Source: a virus
Lineage: Duplodnaviria; Caudoviricetes
DNA: 64,000 bases
Strand: one strand, 5' to 3'
IMG/VR virus record: IMGVR_UViG_3300038345_000144
Position numbers and translations under genes: made by a program. Below, piece by piece: positions 56,224 through 64,000 of the stretch (its first letter is position 1; every line of letters begins with the position of its first letter). A model generated the notes under the pieces. It did not search any database, was not told the DNA's origin, and saw only the letters and a program-made list of their open reading frames with translations.

Positions 56224-56591
56224 AATTCACCTCTGAAAATTCCAGAAACAATACGGCTTTCTGTTGGCTTAAAATCCAAATAGCGAGTATTGACTGCCTT
56301 CGCTCCTTCTGAAAGTGATAATGTAATATGAGGTACGGGAATTTGGTCATATAAATCCTTTAATATCGCTACCTGTTCATCTTGAGCGTAAATCTTGACT
56401 AATCTTACTTTATAGCCCTCATTTACTCCGTCATTACCATATCCAATAATCTCAAAATCAGCAGTAATGCCATAGAGACTATCATTAGTCTTTGCAGGCT
56501 TATACTCGGTGGTAATGTGCTTCTTTTCAATATTCCTCGCTAATGTATGAGGTAATTCCTCTGTAATGAAAAAGCCTTCATAATGTATCAT
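56220..56591 (-). CDS. 2H phosphoesterase family protein
   Basis: two HxT motifs, KHITT and PHITL. Confidence 0.7.
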   Translation of the reverse strand: MIHYEGFFITEELPHTLARNIEKKHITTEYKPAKTNDSLYGITADFEIIGYGNDGVNEGYKVRLVKIYAQDEQVAILKDLYDQIPVPHITLSLSEGAKAVNTRYLDFKPTESRIVSGIFRGEL

Positions 56592-56983
56592 TGTGCTTGT
56601 TCCTCGTCCTGCTGTGCAAATACGGTATTGCCTAACAATCCATAAAGATAATCGTCAATGTGTATGCCTACCCAAACTCTTACTGTATCATTACTGATGT
56701 CCTCAAAAGTAATGGTATCTTCCATCACCTTCAATCGGGATAATACAATGTGTGGGTCAAGTCTGCATAAGTTAGTCTTAAATACCGTTGAAAAAACGAT
56801 TGACTTATCAGCGTTGTTATTCTCCCACCACTTACAGTAGCAGTCATAAACGCCTTCAGTAATCTCGCTGTCGTGATTTTCCAATTTAGCCTTAACAGTT
56901 TCCTGTATGTTAATGCTTTGTGCCAATAAATCTACTCGTTTGCCCTCAAAAAGACAAACAGCAAACCATTCATAATTTTCCAT
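56588..56983 (-). CDS. hypothetical protein
   Basis: start MENYE after AAAGGA. Confidence 0.65.
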   Translation of the reverse strand: MENYEWFAVCLFEGKRVDLLAQSINIQETVKAKLENHDSEITEGVYDCYCKWWENNNADKSIVFSTVFKTNLCRLDPHIVLSRLKVMEDTITFEDISNDTVRVWVGIHIDDYLYGLLGNTVFAQQDEEQAQ

Positions 56984-57007
56984 CCTAAAGTGTTCCTTTC
57001 TTTTCAA

Positions 57008-57039
57008 TAAAAAATAGGTAGAATTCTACCTACCTATTA
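57008..57039 (-). terminator. intrinsic terminator
   Basis: ATAGGTAG-gtagaatt-CTACCTAT-TTTTT. Confidence 0.65.
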
Positions 57040-57315
57040 TCTGCTTTTTTCAGCCCAAAATGTTGAGCCTGTGTTGTTGTAATGTAACTTAATGTCAAAT
57101 GTTCTCAAGAGGAAATCTTCCATATCTGCTTGAGCACTGTCATCAAGATAGATATAAGGGCAGTGAAAGCCTCTGGAAGAAGCAAGAACTAATACGCCTA
57201 CGCCCTCTTCGGTATCTGACCACTCTCTCGGTTCAAACTTTACTCTGAAATCATACTGCTTTGCTAAATAATCATTTAACTCGGCTACAACTTTCTCGGT
57301 AATTCCCATAAACAT
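57037..57315 (-). CDS. hypothetical protein
   Basis: YNNTGSTFW C-terminus; RBS. Confidence 0.7.
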   Translation of the reverse strand: MFMGITEKVVAELNDYLAKQYDFRVKFEPREWSDTEEGVGVLVLASSRGFHCPYIYLDDSAQADMEDFLLRTFDIKLHYNNTGSTFWAEKSR

Positions 57316-57321
57316 TCTCCT

Positions 57322-57690
57322 TTATACTGTGGTATATGTAACAAACTCGTAAAGCCTTTGTAAGTCAATTGTAATAGGAAGGTAATACTGTATCATTGGT
57401 GTTTCTTTTTCAACGGTCTCAATGTACTGCATTTCCTTTGGTGTAAGTTGGGTTAGATTTGATACACCTATTAACCACTTAAAAGTCAGGTCTGTGTCAA
57501 ACTGAAACTTATCGAAAATTTCAAGTAACTTCTGGACCTCTTCCTTATTAAGTTCGGGCTGACCATTAAGCCAGTTTTCCATATCTGTCTCAATCCAGTT
57601 ACGAACTGCCTGATGTATTGTAGTATCAAAGTTCAGTCGGTTAAATATATCTAACGCACTGACTTCAAATCTTAAATTAAGCGTCGCCAT
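57322..57690 (-). CDS. hypothetical protein
   Basis: ORF with RBS. Confidence 0.7.
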   Translation of the reverse strand: MATLNLRFEVSALDIFNRLNFDTTIHQAVRNWIETDMENWLNGQPELNKEEVQKLLEIFDKFQFDTDLTFKWLIGVSNLTQLTPKEMQYIETVEKETPMIQYYLPITIDLQRLYEFVTYTTV

Positions 57691-57699
57691 TCTTGTACC

Positions 57700-58056
57700 T
57701 CATTCGATATTTTTCCAATTTTTCCAAGATGAGCGTTCTGCTTGCATATCATCAGTCATTCTCTCTATAACCTGAACCTTATCCTCGATATACGCTTCAA
57801 CAAGTTCTACCAAGTGAGGAACTCTCTCATCGTTCTTGTGAATAATCTTGTGGGAAAGAACAATGTCAATATCTGCCTCATCAAAAGGCTCCCACTTAAC
57901 TCTTTCTTGTCCTGAATAGTCTTCACCAATATAGAAACTCAATATTTGAACTCTACCGTCGTTGGCTTCTAATTCAGGAAAGATAGCCATAATGCCCTTT
58001 TCTTCTGTGTAAGGGTTATAATCTTCTCTAAAAATAACTTTAACCATAGAAATCAC
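57700..58056 (-). CDS. hypothetical protein
   Basis: KVIFR...AIFP pattern. Confidence 0.7.
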   Translation of the reverse strand: MISMVKVIFREDYNPYTEEKGIMAIFPELEANDGRVQILSFYIGEDYSGQERVKWEPFDEADIDIVLSHKIIHKNDERVPHLVELVEAYIEDKVQVIERMTDDMQAERSSWKNWKNIE

Positions 58057-58538
58057 CTCACATAAACCTCAAAAACATATATCAAACTCTGCATACTACT
58101 ATCATACTGGGCTTTTGTTGCTTTTATTTTTAATCCAAGTGACTGTACTCGGTCAATAATTGCTGTTCTAAACGGCTCTGTTGCCTCTAAAACATCTTGT
58201 CCAGAGTTTTCAATCTCTTCTAAACTAAAAATATCGTCATCAAAGTGCTTAAAATCATCAACAATTACTCCAGTTTTTCCAAACTGAATAAGCAAATGCC
58301 ATTTGTCTAAAAAATTTTGATAATCCATACCCATAACAATTTTGGAATTTTCCGACTGCCCTGTGAGATAATGTTCCATAAGGGTTTGTACGGATGTTTC
58401 AAATTCGTTAGAGTCTAAATACTCTTGAAACTTGGCAAAAGTTTTATCTATTTTAGCCTGTATTAAGGCTCTTTCAGTTGCTTCTTTTTGGTCTTTTTGG
58501 TCTTGTAACTTATTTAGTTTATCTAAATCCAAAGCCAT
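58053..58538 (-). CDS. hypothetical protein, GLKI family
   Basis: DRVQSLGLKIKATKAQYD resembles DRVKDTGLKIVGTKCTYD in 5291..6544. Confidence 0.75.
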   Translation of the reverse strand: MALDLDKLNKLQDQKDQKEATERALIQAKIDKTFAKFQEYLDSNEFETSVQTLMEHYLTGQSENSKIVMGMDYQNFLDKWHLLIQFGKTGVIVDDFKHFDDDIFSLEEIENSGQDVLEATEPFRTAIIDRVQSLGLKIKATKAQYDSSMQSLIYVFEVYVR

Positions 58539-58541
58539 AAT

Positions 58542-58943
58542 TTATTTCTCTCCATAGGACTCACCAAACTTTTTCAGTTCGTTAACTATACCTGCATCAA
58601 CCCAGTCATACTTTGAAACCTGTTCAACTACCTTCTTGATAAAGGTCTTAAGGTCCTGCTCGGTTATTAAAATGGTTTCATTATGTTCAGGGTCTTTCTC
58701 ATCATACAACTCTTCTGTGTATAGGAAATTAGACTTATCGAACTCTATTGTAATTCCAAGTAAGTACCAACTTTCTACTACACTGTCATCTGGGTAATAA
58801 ATGTTTCTATCTATTCCCCAAAAATATGTATATCCGAACTTGTTTTCATAGAAAATAACTTCTTCTTTCGAGCCTTTTTGATACTCTGGTATTTGATTGC
58901 CTAACTCTCGAAAAATTAAATCAAGTTCGCTCATTTTTCCCAT
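58542..58943 (-). CDS. hypothetical protein
   Basis: start MGKMS after AAGGAGAA. Confidence 0.7.
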   Translation of the reverse strand: MGKMSELDLIFRELGNQIPEYQKGSKEEVIFYENKFGYTYFWGIDRNIYYPDDSVVESWYLLGITIEFDKSNFLYTEELYDEKDPEHNETILITEQDLKTFIKKVVEQVSKYDWVDAGIVNELKKFGESYGEK

Positions 58944-58953
58944 AGTATTCTCC

Positions 58954-59217
58954 TTATCGCATACTCCAAATAACTGCATTTACAAAACGGAGAGCCTCAT
59001 CATTACCGTGGTTTATCTCATCTTTGCAACACTCCATTATTGCTTTGGGCATCTTTCTCGTAAGACTGGTATAACAACCCGAACAATAATATACATTGTT
59101 AGCAAAGGCTACCATATTATCAATATAGTCGTGGGAGCCACAACAGGTACAAGTTATCTTTTGTGCTCTCTCACTAAAATAGTTTTCGTGAGCATATACA
59201 ATATCAAAATTATCCAT
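58954..59217 (-). CDS. small zinc-finger protein
   Basis: CTCC...CSGC. Confidence 0.65.
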   Translation of the reverse strand: MDNFDIVYAHENYFSERAQKITCTCCGSHDYIDNMVAFANNVYYCSGCYTSLTRKMPKAIMECCKDEINHGNDEALRFVNAVIWSMR

Positions 59218-59581
59218 TGGCTTTCTCCGTATAAATCATAAACTGACTATCTTTAGCGTCAGTAGTAATACACATAACGGGTTCAGGCGGTATCTCTTCG
59301 ATTTTCTCAAGAGTAGGTCCATCAGGCGTACCTATATGACAACCCTTATACACATCGAAATTAACCGACAAACCCATAGCGTCCATAGACTTCATTTCAC
59401 CGTTGACATAGATATTCCAAAGGTGAATATCAGAACTCTTGCTTGTCCTGTCATTCGAGAAGGTCAGCAAGAACATTTTATAAGGCATCATAATCGGGGT
59501 AACGGCAATAACCTTATGCCATTTGCCGTCCGTACCCATTATTTTGTCGCCCTTTTTAATATCCTTAATCGCTTTTTTCAT
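59210..59581 (-). CDS. stand-alone Hint (intein-like) domain protein lacking splice-junction residues
   Basis: IKDIKKGDKIMGTDGKWHKV; block B SSDIHLW; block F PVMCITTD..SQF; no N-terminal Cys and no HN. Confidence 0.7.
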   Translation of the reverse strand: MKKAIKDIKKGDKIMGTDGKWHKVIAVTPIMMPYKMFLLTFSNDRTSKSSDIHLWNIYVNGEMKSMDAMGLSVNFDVYKGCHIGTPDGPTLEKIEEIPPEPVMCITTDAKDSQFMIYTEKANG

Positions 59582-59606
59582 ATATAAATTCCCTTCTAAA
59601 TCGTAA

Positions 59607-59975
59607 TTATAAATTGTAGAGTGTCTTTAACTTCTCAAGGTCAATTTTAACATTTACCCAGAAGCCAATAACATCTTCGTCTAAAGTGTACTCGTCAATC
59701 TTCAAACTCTCGACATCGACCTCTACTGCCGACCAGAACCTACTCTCATCTGATATATCATCATCAATCTTGTTGCATAATTCATCATATAAGGTATCAT
59801 CCTCGGCATCGTAAATGTCCTGCAAGTCCTTACCATTACCGTTATCACAGATAGCACTAAAGCCATTCTGCTCAATATCCTGTAAAAGTTGTTCGTGGGC
59901 TTCACCTATAAGGTCATTTCCACCAACCTTAAACATATCTATTGTGTTCATTAAAATATTCACGCCGTATGTCAT
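59607..59975 (-). CDS. hypothetical protein
   Basis: ORF with RBS. Confidence 0.7.
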   Translation of the reverse strand: MTYGVNILMNTIDMFKVGGNDLIGEAHEQLLQDIEQNGFSAICDNGNGKDLQDIYDAEDDTLYDELCNKIDDDISDESRFWSAVEVDVESLKIDEYTLDEDVIGFWVNVKIDLEKLKTLYNL

Positions 59976-59987
59976 AGATAGTTCTCC

Positions 59988-60410
59988 TTAAATTTTATCT
60001 AACCAACAGAAAATTTTGTATATGAATAGGTCATATTCTTGGTCAACATAACGCTGAAACTTGGTGTTAAAATAATCATCAAGTATATCGCACAACTCAT
60101 CATAAGTATTGCCGATGTCACCAATGTCACCGTTCTCTTCTAATTGACGGAGATAGAAAGCAATAAAGTGGCTCATAGTGTCACCATTTGGAAGTTCTTG
60201 TGTTTCCTCATACTTAAAAAGAGCAACTATGTCGTCCTTTGAAAACCCAGCCTGTGTTAATTCAGCATCAACTTCGCCCTTACATAAATCTTCTTGGCTA
60301 CGGTCATCGCCCTCGGCAACCTCATAATCAGGTCCTTGCACATAGTTAGCCATTCCGTCAATATAACGCATCCACAAGGCTCCAAAGTTTCTAAATGTAA
60401 ACTGGTTCAT
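59988..60410 (-). CDS. hypothetical protein
   Basis: ORF with RBS. Confidence 0.7.
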   Translation of the reverse strand: MNQFTFRNFGALWMRYIDGMANYVQGPDYEVAEGDDRSQEDLCKGEVDAELTQAGFSKDDIVALFKYEETQELPNGDTMSHFIAFYLRQLEENGDIGDIGNTYDELCDILDDYFNTKFQRYVDQEYDLFIYKIFCWLDKI

Positions 60411-60420
60411 AGTATTCTCC

Positions 60421-60789
60421 TTACTCGTCTATCAACTCAAAGCCCTTTGCATCTAACCAAGCCTTGAATTCTCTCTCACGACCATCGTATAAGTCCTCAT
60501 CAGTCCAGTCATATCCACAACCGTGCTCCATAAGGAAACCCTTACGATACTCAAAATAGCATCTTACCTTGTCGGCAATATCCATTCCCTGTTCCTCATA
60601 CCACTGTGTAAGCAAATCCTTAAATGTGGCATTAGGGAAATACTCAATAGCAATTACGCTGGTGAGCATATCGTCCAGACTATAATAATTGTCCTTCCAG
60701 TTTGCTTCACAAAAGGCATAAACAACCTCATCTAAAGCCTCATCTTCCATAATGTTCTTTGATGTGTAATCAACAGTAATCTTTCCCAT
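60421..60789 (-). CDS. hypothetical protein
   Basis: ORF with RBS. Confidence 0.7.
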   Translation of the reverse strand: MGKITVDYTSKNIMEDEALDEVVYAFCEANWKDNYYSLDDMLTSVIAIEYFPNATFKDLLTQWYEEQGMDIADKVRCYFEYRKGFLMEHGCGYDWTDEDLYDGREREFKAWLDAKGFELIDE

Positions 60790-60801
60790 AATTATTCTCC
60801 C

Positions 60802-61113
60802 TTACTGCTCAAATATGGCATAAGCCGTTTTTGCGTCCTCATCGTAACCTAATTCTTTAGCCTCATAGAACGATAAACCAAAGATTTGAATTTCTTGTTC
60901 ATCTATCGTGTTCTGAAAAATGGCAGTGATAATTGATTTATTTCCTTCGTTATGTCCCATATAGTAAATACCTGTATGGATTTTTGCATAATCAAGCAAA
61001 CCTTCCTTGTGTAACATTCCTTTTGCTACTACAACCGAATTATCGTCAAGGTATTCAGCCTTTAGGTTAGTGGGGTAAATCTTAAATTTGTTATTAACTG
61101 TATGTTCTACCAT
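60802..61113 (-). CDS. hypothetical protein
   Basis: ORF with RBS. Confidence 0.7.
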   Translation of the reverse strand: MVEHTVNNKFKIYPTNLKAEYLDDNSVVVAKGMLHKEGLLDYAKIHTGIYYMGHNEGNKSIITAIFQNTIDEQEIQIFGLSFYEAKELGYDEDAKTAYAIFEQ

Positions 61114-61138
61114 TTACTTTTTACTCCTTTGTGTGTTA

Positions 61139-61426
61139 TCACTTGAACTTTAGTATAACACTACCTTCTTCGATTGGCAAGGAAAGACGCTTCAATTCAT
61201 ACCATAATTGCTTACGGTCATAGTCTTGAACAGGCTCGTCAACATCAACTTTTACATTGATAACAAAGTCTAACTGCGTCTGGCTTAAATTCTCGTCATA
61301 ATCAAAGGCGTGTACTTGTTCTAAAACCTTGTTAAGTACCTCTACAATGTTTACGACCAAACGACGCTGTTCGTCTGGAGCCATATTTCTTTCCGTAGTA
61401 AAATTAAATTCAATCAACTGTCTCAT
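61139..61426 (-). CDS. hypothetical protein
   Basis: ORF with GGGAGG RBS. Confidence 0.7.
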   Translation of the reverse strand: MRQLIEFNFTTERNMAPDEQRRLVVNIVEVLNKVLEQVHAFDYDENLSQTQLDFVINVKVDVDEPVQDYDRKQLWYELKRLSLPIEEGSVILKFK

Positions 61427-61451
61427 CTAATTTCCTCCCTTACTTGATTTT

Positions 61452-61964
61452 TTAGTCCCACCAGGCTCTACCCTCGGTGTCGCTTAATGAAAGTTCATCA
61501 GCATTTTTAGTGAAAGCATAAAACTCATCGAGTATATCTCTATCGAGTTTGTATCTACTCTTATATTTAATACCTTCGATAGTTACTCTATAATCTGCTC
61601 TTGACATATCAACAGCATAACCTATAAAAGTAACAACTAACTCATCATTTTCATCAGCCATTGATGTCATTTTCTCTACAAGTTTAATAAACTCACCTAC
61701 TGTCGGGCAATTGTTAAAGCAGTCGTCCGTGTGCATAAAATCTTCAGCAACTAATGTTTTGAGTTGGTCAAGGCTTAACTCTTCAAATCTACGAATACCA
61801 CCAACATAATATTGGGAATACAATGGTGAAGTAGCCCAAATATCATCGCTTTGACTTGCTTCTTTCCAAGCCTTTTTGAAATCAGCATCATTATTTTTGT
61901 TGTAATCTTGTTTGAAGATAATCTGTTCTCTTCTGTTGATGTCTTTGTTATAATCAAAAATCAT
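61452..61964 (-). CDS. hypothetical protein, paralog of 44492..44887
   Basis: shared motifs ending AWWD. Confidence 0.8.
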   Translation of the reverse strand: MIFDYNKDINRREQIIFKQDYNKNNDADFKKAWKEASQSDDIWATSPLYSQYYVGGIRRFEELSLDQLKTLVAEDFMHTDDCFNNCPTVGEFIKLVEKMTSMADENDELVVTFIGYAVDMSRADYRVTIEGIKYKSRYKLDRDILDEFYAFTKNADELSLSDTEGRAWWD

Positions 61965-61992
61965 AATGTGGTTCTCCTTCCTTTTTAATATT

Positions 61993-62057
61993 GGGGAGAG
62001 GATTTGTAATACAACAAGTCAAGCAAGCGTTTCTCCTATCACAAAGAGCCTCTCCCC
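61993..62057. other. long intergenic stem-loop (candidate structured RNA)
   Basis: GGGGAGAGG/CCTCTCCCC and TTTGTAATA/TATCACAAA arms around a 25-nt loop. Confidence 0.5.
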
Positions 62058-62074
62058 CACACGAAAGAAAATTG

Positions 62075-62308
62075 TCAATATAAATCTTCCTCTAAATACC
62101 AATCGTATTCATTTTCTTCATCTTCGTCCTCATCATCGTCCTCGTCTTCTCGGCTATTTCGGTAGTTGTTCTGGTTATTACGATACTGTACTCGTTGATT
62201 GTGCCAAAACATAACCTTATAGACAATATAAAATATAAATAAGACAGCAACGACAATGATAACGCCTATTAAAGCATAATTTTCCATACCAATATACACC
62301 CCTCTCAA
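62075..62308 (-). CDS. small single-pass membrane protein with acidic tail
   Basis: hydrophobic ALIGVIIVVAVLFIFYIVY, then D/E-rich tail; start probably MENY. Confidence 0.7.
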   Translation of the reverse strand: MRGVYIGMENYALIGVIIVVAVLFIFYIVYKVMFWHNQRVQYRNNQNNYRNSREDEDDDEDEDEENEYDWYLEEDLY

Positions 62309-62830
62309 TTAAACGGGCATTAGTGTAAAGCACTTAATAGTGTAATATTCATTAGTCTCTAATTGCTCGTCAACCGCCTGATAAACATTACCATCGTATT
62401 TGACATACTTGCCCTCGTCCATATTGCCGTAGAGGACTACACCAGCGTCCTCAACATCACTATCAGATTTAGGACAACCATCAAAGTGTGTTAAAGGTGC
62501 TATGATATAGTAAGACCTACACATAGCCTCAATCTTTTCAGAGATAGAACTGGCGGTAGCATCACAAATTCTGGATAACTCTCTACGAGTAAGTTTATCC
62601 TCTTCGTGAATTTTATATCTCTCACACTCAAGAGCCTGAAAGTCTCCGTCGGTATCAAAATCAACCAACTTCTTGAGGCACTTAATCAGCATAGTAAACT
62701 GCTCTGTGAGGTTACTTGCGTCAGTGGATAATGACAGTGTATAGCCCTGATAGATTACATCATCGGCAGGGACATTGTTCTCATCGTGAATTCGGACCAT
62801 TCTCTGAAGTAAAACTGCGTCCTGTTCCAT
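62309..62830 (-). CDS. hypothetical protein
   Basis: ORF with RBS. Confidence 0.75.
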   Translation of the reverse strand: MEQDAVLLQRMVRIHDENNVPADDVIYQGYTLSLSTDASNLTEQFTMLIKCLKKLVDFDTDGDFQALECERYKIHEEDKLTRRELSRICDATASSISEKIEAMCRSYYIIAPLTHFDGCPKSDSDVEDAGVVLYGNMDEGKYVKYDGNVYQAVDEQLETNEYYTIKCFTLMPV

Positions 62831-62848
62831 AAATAAAACTCCTTTTTG

Positions 62849-63139
62849 TTACCTTAAAGCACATCTATTGAAATAGTGTTGCTTATTTTTTTCGATTTGT
62901 AAGTGTTCTTCTACTTTGTTTCTAAACTCGCCCTCATTTATTCTCAAGAGGCTAATCTTCAAATAACGAGGCAAGTCGTTCGGGACTCTCTGCTCTTTGG
63001 ACAACTGTATTAGATATAAACAAGTCTTATAGTTCTTAATATGGGTATGTGCAAACCCACTCATCATATTGTTTCTTACAATAAATCCGTTGGCTACTCT
63101 GATAATTACAAAAATCCCGTCATCATACATCATAAACAA
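62849..63139 (-). CDS. conserved phage-type hypothetical protein
   Basis: FIVxN..HTHIKNY..SLLR pattern. Confidence 0.7.
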   Translation of the reverse strand: MFMMYDDGIFVIIRVANGFIVRNNMMSGFAHTHIKNYKTCLYLIQLSKEQRVPNDLPRYLKISLLRINEGEFRNKVEEHLQIEKNKQHYFNRCALR

Positions 63140-63242
63140 TTACTCCTTAATAATTGCACTTGCTATTCCTAACTTGTCAATATTAAGTAAGTTACCCGCA
63201 CCAAAAGCGAGTATTTATTTTAGTCTTGCATATAGTTACTCC

Positions 63243-63635
63243 TTATAATTTGGTAATCTTTAATCGGCTATTCTCCTGATAACCGTAATTGATTACATCT
63301 TGGCGATTTTCGTCAAGTATCTCTGATACATAGTCTTTGAGTTCGTCTGCTTTAGATGTACCCTTATAAACCATATCTCCGTTTAAGACAAGTTCTATAT
63401 ACATATTGCCCGTCTCGGAGGCTCGTATGATATGGGACTTCTGCAACAGTTCCTTAAAGACATAATCTGTGTTCTGATAAATCGTATAACCTTTGCCATA
63501 GAGCATATACCAGTGAGCATAATCTCCCGTAATAATGAGAGTATTAGGGTCATCCACCAAAATAGGTTCTTCATCCTTAATGTGATGAACTTCCTGCTCT
63601 GGTTCGGGTTTCTTTAGTAACTTGTCTAAAAACAT
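63243..63635 (-). CDS. hypothetical protein
   Basis: ORF with RBS. Confidence 0.7.
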   Translation of the reverse strand: MFLDKLLKKPEPEQEVHHIKDEEPILVDDPNTLIITGDYAHWYMLYGKGYTIYQNTDYVFKELLQKSHIIRASETGNMYIELVLNGDMVYKGTSKADELKDYVSEILDENRQDVINYGYQENSRLKITKL

Positions 63636-63655
63636 TACTTTCCTTTCCGCATAAG

Positions 63656-63687
63656 TAAAAGCCCCCCAATGTTACTTGAGGGGCTTA
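63656..63687 (-). terminator. intrinsic terminator
   Basis: AAGCCCCTCAA-gtaaca-TTGGGGGGCTT-TT. Confidence 0.65.
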
Positions 63688-63720
63688 CCTACACTATAAT
63701 ACAGTATTCTCGTCAATTAC

Positions 63721-64000
63721 TTACTTCTTGCAAGATGCCTTGTAGTTCTCGTATGCGTCCTGAAGAGAGTCCTTGTATGACTCAAATGGTGTGTCCTCGA
63801 TAAGGATGAGGCACTTACCAAGAGCCTTTGTAATGTCATTCTGTGAAGTGACATATACCTTAAAGGAAACGCTCTGACCGTCTGCAAGGTCAATCTTGAA
63901 TGTGAAGGTGTAAGGTGCTCCATCGTTTTCAGTCTTTCTGACTGCGATGATTGTCTGAACACCTCTGGTGTCAATGGACTTTGCTCTAACGAGGATTTCG
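63721..64000 (-). CDS. 3' part of a gene truncated by the window edge; domain B-like
   Basis: open frame EILVRAKSIDTRGVQTIIAVRKTENDGAPYTFTFKIDLADGQ...FESYKDSLQDAYENYKASCKK*; resembles C-termini of 1097..1879 and 2587..3498. Confidence 0.7.
   Translation of the reverse strand, partial: EILVRAKSIDTRGVQTIIAVRKTENDGAPYTFTFKIDLADGQSVSFKVYVTSQNDITKALGKCLILIEDTPFESYKDSLQDAYENYKASCKK

Noticed and set aside
63153-63180. TTGACA promoter upstream of 62849..63139
   Set aside because: The -35 is perfect but the -10 is weak (TGCAAT at 16 bp), which is not enough to call.
3115-63617. All plus-strand ORFs and nested alternate-frame minus ORFs in the track
   Set aside because: They shadow minus-strand genes that tile the region with good RBSs, and their products have antisense-like composition.
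63717-63974. 85-aa ORF from the track
   Set aside because: Wrong frame: the overlapping open frame ending at 63721 has natural composition and resembles local paralogs.
1-64000. Stop-codon reassignment, as in some large gut phages
   Set aside because: Genes tile densely under the standard code, and TAA, TGA and a few TAG all act as stops at gene junctions.

Overview
This is an AT-rich, densely coding 64-kb segment with about 125 mostly small, acidic, unknown genes, all on the minus strand and usually joined by TAAGGAGAA-type stop/RBS junctions. That layout suggests the accessory region of a large phage or giant extrachromosomal element of a Firmicutes host; this is inference, as I recognise no capsid, replication, integrase or cas genes. 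Recognisable cargo includes a radical SAM enzyme clustered with seven paralogs sharing an N-terminal (I/V)RxxxF/YETNSS motif, and a complete sortase-B/SipA-type pilus locus with a 2339-aa adhesin. It also includes vWA, calcineurin-like phosphoesterase, 2H phosphoesterase, YodL-like, DarA_C-like and stand-alone Hint-domain genes. The most striking non-coding signal is three paralogous, cas-less, type I-E-like repeat/spacer arrays (33.76-34.13, 41.66-41.90 and 50.44-51.24 kb). Their repeats diverge in sequence but keep the hairpin through compensatory changes, and one array carries a whole 94-aa gene between two repeats. Also present are 11-bp-phased TGTAA boxes and a duplicated promoter-plus-leader-terminator module. 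Family assignments come from motif recognition by eye, not from database searches.
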